Assembly (NCBI RefSeq): GCF_006345805.1
Contig: NC_043002.1
Location: 17,360,001-17,424,000, forward strand
DNA length: 64,000 nt
Source: Octopus sinensis
Taxonomy: Eukaryota
Direction of reading: 5' to 3'
Part shown: one piece after another, positions 26,671-39,343 of the stretch
How the letters are laid out: each line of letters opens with the position of its first letter
Position numbering within the stretch: the first letter of the stretch is position 1
Made by a program: the position numbers and the translations under genes
Notes under the pieces: generated by a model
The model's input: the letters and a program-made list of their open reading frames with translations, nothing else
The model's database searches: none
What the model was told of the DNA's origin: nothing

Positions 26671-27214
26671 TTGGGTTGTCCAGAACGTTCGTGACGATTT
26701 ATAGTATCTTACATTTCGACTTAATTTAGAACATGGTTGAGACCATAAAATAGGATTTGACTACATCTCCATTTAGAGCATAGTTTAAGCTGTCTTTTCG
26801 TGGAAGAAGGTTTCTGTTCCTATAACCTGTTTCAATTCTGTAATCCTTTAAAATGGAAGATAAGAAAGTTCATTTTTGGCACTTGATGATTTGGGAACCA
26901 GACAAAAAATGTTGCAGCTCCGCTGGGATGTGTAACCCCGATTTCCATATTCACCAGGTATTGCTCCTTCGGATTTCCACTTATTCAGGTCTCTGCAGAA
27001 TAGTCTTAATGGTAAAAAATTCAAATCCTTGATGAATTCTTTACCATGAAACCACCTCAATTCTGGGAAGAGGGTATTTTCAAGTTAAAGGAAAGATGGA
27101 GACGCATTGTGCAACAAAATGGTTCATATTTGGTTGATTAAAAATGTAATGGCAAGTATTTATTGACTTTTTCCTTTCCTTTAAAAATTGGCACGAACTT
27201 TCCAGACAACTCAA
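26671..27214 (+). mobile_element. Non-autonomous mariner deletion derivative, copy 2 (inverted relative to copy 1)
   Basis: TIR ttgggttgtccagaacgttcgt ... acgaactttccagacaactcaa with TA TSD. Same internal deletion junction as copy 1. Confidence 0.9.
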
Positions 27215-28486
27215 TACAATTTAATCTGTGTTGACGTAACACCCAAATTCCTCACAAAATTCTTTTATATTAACACCAATTATTGATATCGTTTTCTGAA
27301 TTCCTGCCGCATTCCTTGGGTTATTGTTGTTTCGTTCGTATGAAGTAAATTATCGATGAGGTATATACTGTACATGTGAGGTGTTCACAACAATTTACAG
27401 TAGCTCTGTCCTGCTATCGTAAATACATACAACGATTTTGGCTACGTATTCTTCTTGTACACACAATCACGCAATATGAAAGACTAATATCTCAAGGGAT
27501 TCTCCCAATCTCATATGCTAATGTATAGGATGATTAACGTAGTTAACGAAAAATTTTGTAAAAAAATATCAACAACACTAACGGACGTTTTATTTGAAGA
27601 CAATTTGTCTTAGATAAGGTTTATTATTTTTTTTTATTGTTTCATCCTGAAATTACTATTTCGAAATTTCTGTGGAAATAATTTAAACTAATTCGAAAAC
27701 TGAGAATTCGTTAATGATTTTTGTATTTGCTTCTTTGGAAATTTGTAATTATTTCGTTGCTTTATCAAAGTAATTAAATTTATTTCTAACGTGTACGTTA
27801 TTCGAATGTGTAAATAGTTCGTTCAATCTTTGTTGGCACTTGATAAAATAGCTGAGAAACATGTTTATTTTACTTCGACTTAAAACCAATACAGCAAATG
27901 TCATTTCTAATTGATGTACTCTACTGATTAGAAGTAGAGATTCTGTGTTGCTTTTTTCACCAATGTAGTTTATCATTAGAACAGCATGCAAATTCCATTA
28001 ATTAATTTCCCCCCTTTTAATCTATCCAGTGTTGTAGTTATTGTACTATGTGTGTTTATATATAAAAGAAACGAAAAATTCGAAATATACCCAACATTTT
28101 CTAAATTAAATAAATTGTCAATAAAAAATGGACTGTCAATATTATATAAATACATAATCACACACACGCATACATACATCCATACACGCGCATACATACA
28201 TACATACATACATACATACATACATACATGCATACATAAATATATATGTGTGTGTGTGTATTATTTTATTCTTTTACTTGTGTCAGCCATTTGACTACGG
28301 CCATGCTGGAACACTGCCTTTAGTGGAGCAAATCAACCCGAGGACTCATTCTTTATAACCCTAGTACTTATTCTATCGAGCCGCAAAGTTACGGTGACAT
28401 AAACACACCAGCATCGGTTGTCAAGCCATGGTTGGTAACAAACACGGACACACAAACACACTCATACGCACACTTATATATATATA

Positions 28487-28709
28487 ACGACCTCGAACAC
28501 ACAAGTGCAAACAAGGGAGTCAGAGAAAGGCAGAATGCCACTTATATCAGAACACTACTATAGAAATATTCCTTTAAAAAAACTTTTCTTCTAATTTTTC
28601 TAAATTTAATTATTTAATCGTTACAGTTGAAAAGGTCTCAAAATGACCGAAACCGGTACTGAAATGTTCACTATAAAATTATTTTAGCATTTTCTATTTT
28701 TGACTTGTT

Positions 28710-28715
<6 letters not shown>
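28487..28715 (+). mobile_element. Hammerhead-bearing insert inside the SINE microsatellite (Penelope-like terminus relic)
   Basis: Non-SINE sequence bounded by TA repeats; contains the hammerhead at 28621-28664. Confidence 0.65.
28621..28664 (+). ncRNA. Minimal type I hammerhead, U3-A8 core variant; predicted cleavage after GUA at 28658
   Basis: ttacag-TTGAAAA-ggtc-tcaaaat-gacc-GAAA-ccgg-TA-ctgaaa, with palindromic accggt stem III. Confidence 0.65.
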
Positions 28716-28747
<32 letters not shown>

Positions 28748-30147
28748 GACGGTCTTCTTTCAGTTTCCATCTACTAAATCCACTCGCAATGCGTTGGTCG
28801 GCCCGAAGCTATAGTAGAAGACACTCGCCCAAGGTGCCACACAGTAGGAGTGAACCCGGAACCATGTGGTTGGTTAGTAAGCTACTTACCATACATCCAC
28901 TCCTGCGCCTATGTGTATATAGGCACAAACGTGGGAGAGAGGGAGAGATAGTCCGAGACAAAATAGCATTAAAATAGACTAATAAAGGAACATGACTCCT
29001 GAATAACAGAACGTTCGTATAGTTACATTGTAGCGAGATATATTTACAATAAGATTCCTGTTGATGGCGTACACACTTTTGTAATCCTGAAGAATATGTT
29101 GATGAATGTATTTTTTTTATATGGTATGTCATTTAACAGGTGGTTGTAATGCTAAATATTTCCACTTCGCACTCAGTTATTCAAGTGTGAGATACCCAGT
29201 AATTTCCATGGGAATTCTAAACAATACACAGGGTGTTACCCGATTTGTTTTATTTCTTTTCTCTAAGCAGTCAGAAACTGCAAGGATTACAACTGTTACA
29301 TTTTTCTCCATCTGGATTAAGAGACGTTAACTTTTCCATCCCTAGAAGAAAGAAACTTAAATTTCACCGCGCTAGTATAGTAAATAAATACAACTGTGTT
29401 AAGAAGCAGGAAGGTACAAAATTAAATTATCCTCCTGTGTTATAATCGCCGCCGTCGTAAACTATAATGCAGCCGCACATGAAATTGTTTTTGATATCAC
29501 TGTTTTTGATATCTTAGCTATTTCACTCAGCTGATGTCACACATTAATGCAGAAAGGAGCCTCAACCACTAAAGCACATTTGCATCACTACATACATATT
29601 GAATGCAAATAGTGTGATACCTTATTCGCTACAGTATTTGAAAAGTGCTCACATAGCAACTAACACTTCTATAACAATGTTTCCATATGGCTCTGATAAT
29701 AAAACTAACAAATATTTTAAATGTATTCCCGATGGTAATCAAAGACGAATCTCTTTAGAAGTTCGCATTTCTCAGGATGAAATTATGTCAGAAATAGCAA
29801 ATTTGATAATGATTATTTTAAACGCTTCCAATTAGACAATTTATAAATGACGTCGCACGTCAGAATTTTTTTCCCACATCAATAGAATTTGGCGTCGTTC
29901 TTAGCAATCTTCAATGTTCGGCCGACATATTGTAGAAAGCTTAGAACATTGACAGCATATTAGATATTGAAATAAATTCGCTATTTGATTGTCAGAAATT
30001 AATTCTATTCTTTGTAGTCACCACTTGAGGTCGAATATATATTTTTAACCCGCTATAATTTTTAGCTATACGAAAATAACTATTCGGGATAATGCTTACA
30101 AAGTTAAAAGTACAAAACCGATACAAAAACGAGATAGTTATATTAGG

Positions 30148-30453
30148 TGAGGGTGCGTGGTTTAGTGGTTCGGACACTCGGCTCAGGATCGTAAGGTCGT
30201 GGGTTCGATTTCGGCGAGCAAAACACTTTATTTCATGTTGCTCCAGTCCACTCAGCTGGCGAAAATTAGTGGTACTTGTATTTCGAAGAGCCAGCCTTTT
30301 CACACTCTCTGTCACACTGAATCTGCATGGGGATGAGGATAAGGAGCACGTATCTGTGGAGTGCTCAGCCACTTGCACGCTAATTTCACAAGCAAGCTGT
30401 TCCCTTGTTCGTATCAACTGGGACCCAAGTCGTCGTAAATGACAGAGTGCTCC
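30148..30453 (+). mobile_element. tRNA-derived SINE, family D
   Basis: gtggtttagtgg A box, ggttcgattt B box. Homologous to 34888-35210. Confidence 0.8.
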
Positions 30454-30544
30454 TTCTTATATTAAGCAATTTAACATATTATAAATGACAGCTATACATC
30501 TCTCAGTGTAGTACAATTCATTATCTTAAAAGGAAATTATTCAT

Positions 30545-30778
30545 AAGGCGGCGAGCTGGCAGAGACGTTAGGACGCCGGGCGAAATGCGTAGCCGTATTT
30601 CGTCTGCCGTTACGTTCTGAGTTCAAATTCCGCCGAGGTCGACTTTGCCCTTCATCCTTTCGGGGTCGATAAATTAAGCACCAGTTACGCACTGGAGTCG
30701 ATGTAATCGACTTAATCCGTTCATCTGTCCTTGTTTGTCCTCTCTGTGTTTAGCCCGTGTGGGTAGTAAAGAAATAGG
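30545..30778 (+). mobile_element. SINE family B, full length with ~17-bp TSD
   Basis: TSD aggaaattattcataag / aggaaattattgataag; gagttcaaattcc B box. Confidence 0.9.
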
Positions 30779-31569
30779 AAATTATTGATAAGCCTTTCCA
30801 AAAATAATAAACATAAAGTAACAAAAAAGTAGTCAGAAATTTAAAAAAACCTGTAACCATAATTCTGCTAGATAAATGACGTATTCGAATTAACGAAATT
30901 ACGATACATATTATATGTCTTTAAACACCCATAGCATATCTATAATGGCTATCCTATGATATCTAACATATAACAAGAATGAACAAGAAGCCACTTTGTC
31001 ACACGCCTAAGTCCGTCAAGGGTTTCCTAGTAAATGACTAACTTCACTAATAGATGTAAAGTTGTAGAAGCTGTTACAGATAGCTTCCTCTCAGATGAAA
31101 ATTCTACAGTGTAATGCATGAGCTATTTATTTAACTCGAAAAAGTTATTCTTAAAAGTTTCTATAATCAATTTTATACGAGTGGGACAAATCTGCATTTT
31201 CACCCTCCCACCCCCACTTTTGTTTTTTCTTTTTGGTATTATATACTTGGCACCAACAAAAAAATTACTCGGATGTTTGAGAGGTCGTTATGTGCGGCTT
31301 CAAATTGAGTAGCGCATACAATGCGAAACAGCATTAAGTCGTTTTCGTGCATCACACACAAATGATTAAATCATATGTGTTTGCGTATGTGTGTACGTAC
31401 GTTGGTCAGAAAGAATACATAGGAAATACACCATAAATATACAAACATATACAAACAGGACATACAAGGCATACGTTCGAGTTCGTATTTTGTAATTATA
31501 GTTGGACCAGTGCGGAAACACTAATTCTATGTGCTGTTCCTTGAATGTGGCCATGTTGTTTGAATGTCA

Positions 31570-31646
<77 letters not shown>

Positions 31647-31699
31647 TTGTGCTTGTGTATGAGTTTATGTAAAGAATCGTTATCTCATATTTTTGTGAT

Positions 31700-31960
31700 A
31701 TTAGACGGCGGTCATGCTGGAGCACCTCCTTGTCAAGCGAAGCGATTCCTGTGTTTGTATTGTTTTCACAGCCAGGTACATGTTATTTCGGTCTCTTTTG
31801 CCGAATCACTGATGTAGAGAGAGGTAAACATACCAACACTGGCTGTGAAACATCTTTAGAGGGCAGACACAGACATATAGACACACACGTCCACAAACAC
31901 GCACGCGCACAAACACAAACTTACACACATATACATGCATGCGGCAGGCATCCTTTCGGA
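31700..31960 (-). mobile_element. SINE family A partial, eroded
   Basis: gcggtcatgctggagcacc...tcggtctcttttgccgaatc similarity. Confidence 0.65.
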
Positions 31961-32652
31961 GCCATAAGCTCATAAGGCCAGCTTCTAGGATTCTGTGTCT
32001 TATATATTCCTACACATACACATACATTCGTGTGTACATTGATACATAATTAACTACAGACACACATACATATATCCATACATATACACATACATCTATA
32101 CATATATACATTCATACGTGCGTAAATACATATATACATACATCCATACATTCAAACGTACATGCCTAATATCATTGTTTTTATCTCGAACTTATTGTGG
32201 TATTTATGTTAGAACAGATTATACTGATTTATTTACTTTGAGAGGACATTTGATATGGATTCGTGCTGCATAAAAGTACTCGTATTTATATTGTTGACAG
32301 AGGAGAAGCGTCTTCTAAGCTCTCGAAACTATCAGATCACGTGAATTTTCAATACTAGCAGCTGGAGGAGCAGGTATTTAGTACTCTGGCAGTTTTACCT
32401 GTTATACCCTGAGTTGGCCCTACCTATCTTCTTCTTAGTTCTTTCGCTGCTATTTCAACATTTACTCCTCTAAAGAGGACATGTCCCATTTGCATCCTTC
32501 TCCATGATAGACTTGAATGTTGTCATAGTTATATATATTTATGTCTTTTCTTCCTCTTTTTAATTTTCAATAAATGGTCACCGACTTTGTAACAAAGTTG
32601 TGAAGGAGGGTATCTTGATTTACCCGTCATTATTTTAGATCTTCAGAAAGAC

Positions 32653-33030
32653 AAGGCAGCGAGTTGGCAGAAACGTTAGCACGCCGGGTGAGATGCTTGG
32701 TGGTGTTACGTTCTGAGTTCAAATTCCGCCGAGGTCGACTTTGCCTTTCCTCTTTTCGGGCCGAAAAATGAAGTACCAGTTACGCACTGGGGTTGAATTA
32801 ATCGACTTAATCCGTTTGTCTGTCGTTGTTTGTCTCCTCTGTGTTTAGCCCATTATGGGTAGTAAAGAAATAGGCATTTCGTCTGACGTTACGTTCTGAG
32901 TTCAAATTCCGCCGAGGTTGATTTGCCTTTCATCCTTTCGATAAATTAAGTACCAGTTACGCAGTTATCTAATCAACTGGCCCCCTCCACCAAAATGTTG
33001 GGCCTTATGTCTAGAGTAGAAAAGATCTTC
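32653..33030 (+). mobile_element. Composite or nested SINE family B (full copy plus second partial copy with a different tail)
   Basis: Second gttacgttctgagttcaaattccgccgagg unit at ~32888. Flanking agatcttcaga repeat. Confidence 0.8.
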
Positions 33031-33671
33031 AGACGGTCTTGTAAATATTGATAATCCCAGATATCATGATCATTTGTAGCGTATGAATTAAGGATCCCCA
33101 AGATTCCAAGTTCAACCATTGTTTGCACCCGACGGGTTGGTATGTAACTTGGTACTTCATTAATAATAGGTTTCAAGCTGAAAGTGTATTTTCGATACTG
33201 GATAAGGAAACTCATTCTTTCTCTCGTATTTTTCTAACTACATTCGTGTTGCGGTGACAGCTGATTTCCACGACAGATCATATCTTTTCTTTGTGGTCAC
33301 ACACAACGATATTTCGCCGTATGTTTGGTGGCTGTTTTACTTTTCAAGCTTCACCACTATACTTTTGTGCCATCGCTTTCAATATGTTCAACATCATTCA
33401 GCAATCGTATCACGCCTCATGGGAAGATGATGTCTGGAAGACATTCTCTCGCAGTTAGAAATAACGCTGTTGATTGTATGTATGCATGTATGTATGTATG
33501 CATGTATGTATGTATGTATGTATGTATGTATGTATGTATGTATGTATGTATGTGTGTAGGTATGTATGTGTGTAGGTATGTATGTGTGTAGGTATGTATG
33601 TGTATGTATGCAAACATACATTAATGTACATCTATCTATCTATATGTATGTGTGTATATATAAATATATGA

Positions 33672-33784
<113 letters not shown>

Positions 33785-33959
33785 GAATGTGCGCATATGT
33801 CTATAAACACACGTACACATTAATATGTATACATAGATATACATATCTAATTCCGTTGCTGATATTTGATGTTTACTGATAATCTGACGTTCTATTTTCA
33901 TTTTGGTGAAAATTGCATTCAGCAATACAATATCCATGAAAAAATTACTTTTCAATTGC

Positions 33960-34180
33960 TCTCTCTGTCTCTATCATCTATCTATCTATCTATCTATCTT
34001 TTTTCTCTCTTTCTCACACTTTCCCTCTCTCTCTCACCCCCTCTTTCACTCCCTCTCTCTTCCATCTCTCTTCCCCTCCGTCTCTCTCCCTCCAGCCTTT
34101 CTCTCTCACTCATCTCTCTCCCTCTCTCTCTATCTCACGCTCTCTCTGACTCTCTCGATCGGTATCTGCAATTCCACTCT
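33960..34180 (+). repeat. Degenerate (CT)n polypyrimidine tract
   Basis: Direct inspection. Confidence 0.9.
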
Positions 34181-34800
34181 CTGTTTGTTGGTGAATCTCC
34201 TACTTCTGTTCTTCTAACTGCTCTACGTATTACAGATAGTGTCACAGCAGACCAGTCCCCGCCCATTTCTCTTCAAATTCAGCCAGGAGGAAGTAATTAT
34301 AAGAGAAAACTTATCTGCTATTGTAAACCACAAAGAACGGGCCATTTTACCGCACCGCATTATCCCAAATCTTATAGAGACTGACCAACTGGAAGATGTC
34401 TGACTACAAGCGAATATTAGAGGTATTAAAATGGTGCAACACTTGTTCTTACTGAAACTGTATCCATCACGAGGTAATTGCTTGTCGTCATATATATGCA
34501 AAAGAAGATGTAGAAACTTAATAAAAGACAAACATTGAAAATGAGTGTATTCTTAATGTGGGAATCCCTATTCATTTTAAAATAACCAGTGTATAACGAA
34601 CTATGTTTGTTCATTTAATGTTTTACATTAAATTACTATAAGAGTTAATAAATAATGTTAAATGTTTTTTATTAAATTAACGGTTGGCAGATTGAAGGAA
34701 AACAAAGTTGTTTTTCTAATATAATATTCAAAACAAAATGTAAAACAAATTCCATTACATCTATGATGCATTTCTGTGCAGCTGTCATTAACATATTTAC

Positions 34801-34846
<46 letters not shown>

Positions 34847-34887
34847 GTATGTGTGTATGTATGGGTGTTTGCGTTCGCGTGTGTACG

Positions 34888-35210
34888 TGGGAGCACTACG
34901 TCGGTTACGACGACGAGGGTCACAGCTGATACGGCCAACGGAACAGCTTGCTCGTGAAATTAACGTGCAAGGGGCTCACCACGCTACAGACACGTGTACA
35001 AGTAATGTAGTTCTGAGGGAGATTAAACGTAGCACAGAGTGTGACAAGGCTGGCCATTTGAAATTCAGGTACTATTCATTTTTGCAAGCTGAGTGGAATG
35101 GAGCAACGTGAAATAAAGTGTCTTGTTGAAGGACACAACGCGTCGCCGGGAATCGAAATCACGACCTTACAATCGTGAGCCGAATACCCTGACCGCTAAG
35201 CCACGCGCAA
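34888..35210 (-). mobile_element. SINE family D
   Basis: Minus strand gcgcgtggcttagcggtcaggg...atttcgattcccgg; body matches 30148-30453. Confidence 0.8.
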
Positions 35211-36537
35211 TCACACACACACACACACACACACGCACACACATATACATATAACGGAAGCTAATGATGATGTATGAGAAGGAAGTGGAGATGGTAATAC
35301 CAAAAGGAGTGAGAGGAAATTTGACCTCATAAAGTGGTATAAATAAAATGAATGCTGTTCCTAAATAGTTGAATGCTTTTAGAAGGTTGACTTCTATTTC
35401 TAGTAAGCTGGTATTTTGCTACCCGTATTTATTTGTATATTTCACCTATTTAGTTTAAACTTTTTTACTATTGATTTTTTTTTTATTATGGTGATAATGT
35501 TTTATTAACTTTTAGGTTTCATTAATACATTTTATATTTGTTTTTGATGTCTCGGGGACAATCAAGGAAGCAAACGTGCCCGGTGTAATGAAATTAATAT
35601 TTTGAAAAATAGATGAAAACCGTAATTTTGTATGATGATCTTTAAGGGCTAACGCGCAAAAGGTGAAATCAAATGCTTTTTGGTTTATGCAAAGGTGAGA
35701 CCCATTTTTATTATGTTCGTTGTATTCGGTTTGCGCGTTTCTCAGTATTGAGAAATTTGTGGTTTTTGGAGAGTTGACGCATATTTCTAGCATGCTGGTA
35801 CATCGGTACCCTAATTTATTTGTATATTTTGCCTATTTATGCTAAACGTCCTAGCCACTTCATTATTGTTATTTTTAATAAGGGTAGTAATACTATTAAC
35901 TTTAAAATTATATATGAAACAAATTCTATTGCATCTATGATGCATTTCTCTGTAGCTACCAATTACATATTTATGTTTACCTTTATGTTTGTGTGTGTGT
36001 GCGTGTGTGTGTGTGTGTCTGTGTGTCTGTGTGTAGGAGTACTCCGTCCATCTATATATATGGATATGTGCGAATTCTGTGAGATTGAGGAAATGGTGGT
36101 GTGCGTAAATTTTGTCTGTAGAAATTAACTATAGAGTTTTGCACATGGAATTACGATCTTTCACAGTATTCTTTTATTCTTTCCTGTTTCTGATTTTAGC
36201 CAGAGGCTGAGGCCATGGTGGAGCAACACCTTTCAGTGTTTTGGGATCGCTCTCTGGTACTGTTTTTGGTGAAAAAAGAATTTAGACGAAACTACTCTTA
36301 TTCATAGCCCCTGCCGTGATGTGGGCATTTCTGGGAGTTCAAATGGAAATTTTAACTATTTCACGTCTATTTCAAATTATTCACATCTATATTGATTAAA
36401 GAACTATAATATTAGGGCATATAAACCTCCACAACAGAAAACAGGTAAAACGCGACGTCTGTTCGACTCATACGCATTATGATTGTTTACATGCCCTAAT
36501 ATTACACTATTACACTATACGCTGACAGATTTTATAC

Positions 36538-36609
<72 letters not shown>

Positions 36610-36660
36610 TATAGATATATATACTTGTTTATTTATTGATTTATATATATGTATGTATGC

Positions 36661-36712
<52 letters not shown>

Positions 36713-36800
36713 TTGTGTATGTATAAATGTATCTTCATATATATATATATGTGTGTGTACGTATGCATTTATGTATGTGCGTATATATGTATGTATAAAT

Positions 36801-36850
<50 letters not shown>

Positions 36851-37201
36851 TATATAGGCAAAGGTAGACAGAGATTGAAGAAATGAAGCGATAAATTAAA
36901 CAATGTGATTGAAACACTTAAATTGAAATCTTCGCCACACATTTCATCACTTACGTCTGCGCAAGATAAAGCAAACCATTCTTAGTTTATCAACGAAAAC
37001 GATGCAGCAATATAAAGCAATAGTTCCAGTCGATTGATTCCGTTGAATGATGCAGCATTTCATTATAATTTCAAATATTTTCATTTTAAAATTGAATTAT
37101 TTCATAGATTACATTCCATCTGGAAAGCTGAGAATTTCTTTCTTTCTTCTGTAGTGTATCGCTTTTTTTCAATTCAAGCTAATGTTTCTAGCCATTTTAT
37201 T

Positions 37202-37251
<50 letters not shown>

Positions 37252-37425
37252 CTTGTTTAGTTAAGTTCTAGTTCTCTGATAATATATTCTATTGCCATTG
37301 TGTAAAGAGCTACTCACAGAAATTACCATCACTTTATGTTAAGTGCATTATCTCCTGATAAGAAATATATATATATATATATATGAAACACACGCGCACA
37401 CATATGCATATAGTTACATATATAT

Positions 37426-37474
<49 letters not shown>

Positions 37475-37516
37475 ATATGCATCTATATGTATAGATGCAT
37501 ATACAGACATGTGCAC

Positions 37517-37583
<67 letters not shown>

Positions 37584-38063
37584 AAGATGTTAGGTTTCTG
37601 CTCTACAGTACATATGTATGAATGTTTGTAGCGATGTGTATATATATTATGACCATCTAGGATAGAATGTAACAATTGATGTCTAGACGTAACTGGCAGT
37701 TTGGCTGACTATGTAGAGATATCGATGAATAATTCATTATGTATCTTAGTCTTAAAAGAGCAGAAAATATTTATTCAATAGAAGAAAGGAATGCATGAAC
37801 TTCAACGAATAAAGCATACGTCCATGCCTTCTCCATCACATGCATACACACGTGCAAGCCTGCACATATCGACTACTGCATAAGCCAATGGCGATAGAAA
37901 TTGCATCATATCACTTTTGACTATGGTTTGTGCTTCACATCACACCCCAACGCAAAGTGACATATGTCTAACAATATACATATAAATACATATACACCCA
38001 CATTTAAATACACACTAGTTACGTATATATATATATATATATGAATATATATGTATATATGTA

Positions 38064-38256
38064 GGGAGAGACAAAAGACGAAGGCAGATGGTGTACAAAA
38101 CAAACAGATGTATTAGTATAATGCTCAGGAATATATAAATCCTTTACGTTTCAAGCCTACGCTCTTCTACAGAAAGGGACACAGAAAAAACAAGGAGAGA
38201 AAAAACAAGCAGAGAAAAAACGTGTGTAGCGGCTAACGATATATCATGGTGACTGA
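38064..38256 (-). mobile_element. Second copy of the 790-930 family, between TA repeats
   Basis: Reverse complement contains ccctttctgtagaagagcgtaggcttgaaacgtaaagg and atactaatacatctgtttgttttgtacacca. Confidence 0.65.
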
Positions 38257-38277
38257 TATATATATATATATACATAT

Positions 38278-38308
<31 letters not shown>

Positions 38309-38494
38309 ATATATATAATATATATATATATAATATCATATGTAGGTGTATATAATATAAATTATTAAAGTGGTTAGTCGTGATTTAAGTCCCCAAGGCA
38401 CAAGTACAATCATCATTAAAATGACTGGTGATGCAAGTAAGCACCAGCATTGCTGAAAGTAAGAGTTAAAACAACACTTACACACTGGTAAAAC

Positions 38495-38645
38495 ACGATC
38501 TAGTGGTTCGGCAAAAGAAACCGATAGAGTAAATACTAGGCTTACAGAGAATAATGTCTGGGGGCGATTTTTTCGACTAAAGGCGGTGCTCCAGCATGGC
38601 CGTAGTCAAATAACTGAAACTAGTAAAAGAAATAGAAAAGAAAAG
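38495..38645 (+). mobile_element. SINE family A, 3' half
   Basis: ggttcggcaaaagaaaccgatag...aaggcggtgctccagcatggccg. Confidence 0.8.
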
Positions 38646-39300
38646 AAAACAAATACTAACAAAGTGGCACGTAAGTTTTTAGGCTTCCACGATAATTTTG
38701 TTGCTCGTGTTTCCATTTCGATTAATAATGTATTTGAACTAAAGTCTCTTTAGTGAGAACTGTCAACAGGTCAAGCATCTCCATGCTTAATCATCACTCG
38801 CCAATATTCAAATGAAAACGTTAATAAAATTTTTAAAGAAATTACCTAATAAATCGCGAGTTGTTGCATTTAACACCGCATTAACGCACTCTCTATAACT
38901 AAAATAATGTGGGATACACTTTGAACTGACATATTTTTAACTGCCAATTCAAATAATAGCTGATTCCAATGAAAAGTATTTATATGAAAATCTGAAAGAT
39001 AACTCTTCTAACTTCATCTCTAGGTGGACTCTTTCCTTCTTTATTGCTTCATAAAAGTGTCGCTTAACAACGGCTCCGAAATTACAATTATTCAGAGAAA
39101 AACAGCTTGTCTTTTAATAGGTTAAATAATGCAAACTTTTTGATGGAATGACCGACAGTATTAAGGAATAATGTTTTGATTTCCGGTAGGTAATTATAAA
39201 AAAAAAACTCTCAATACTTCCTACCTAAAATAATACCCAAAATTAATACCAATTCCTTTACATACAATGATGTTGTATACTAAAGGTGGGAGAGTATTTC

Positions 39301-39340
<40 letters not shown>

Positions 39341-39343
<3 letters not shown>

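Larger units (their letters stand above)
28268..28910 (-). mobile_element. SINE family A interrupted in its internal (TA)n by a 230-bp insert
   Basis: SINE halves 28268-28486 and 28716-28910 are colinear with 22671-23082. Confidence 0.85.
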
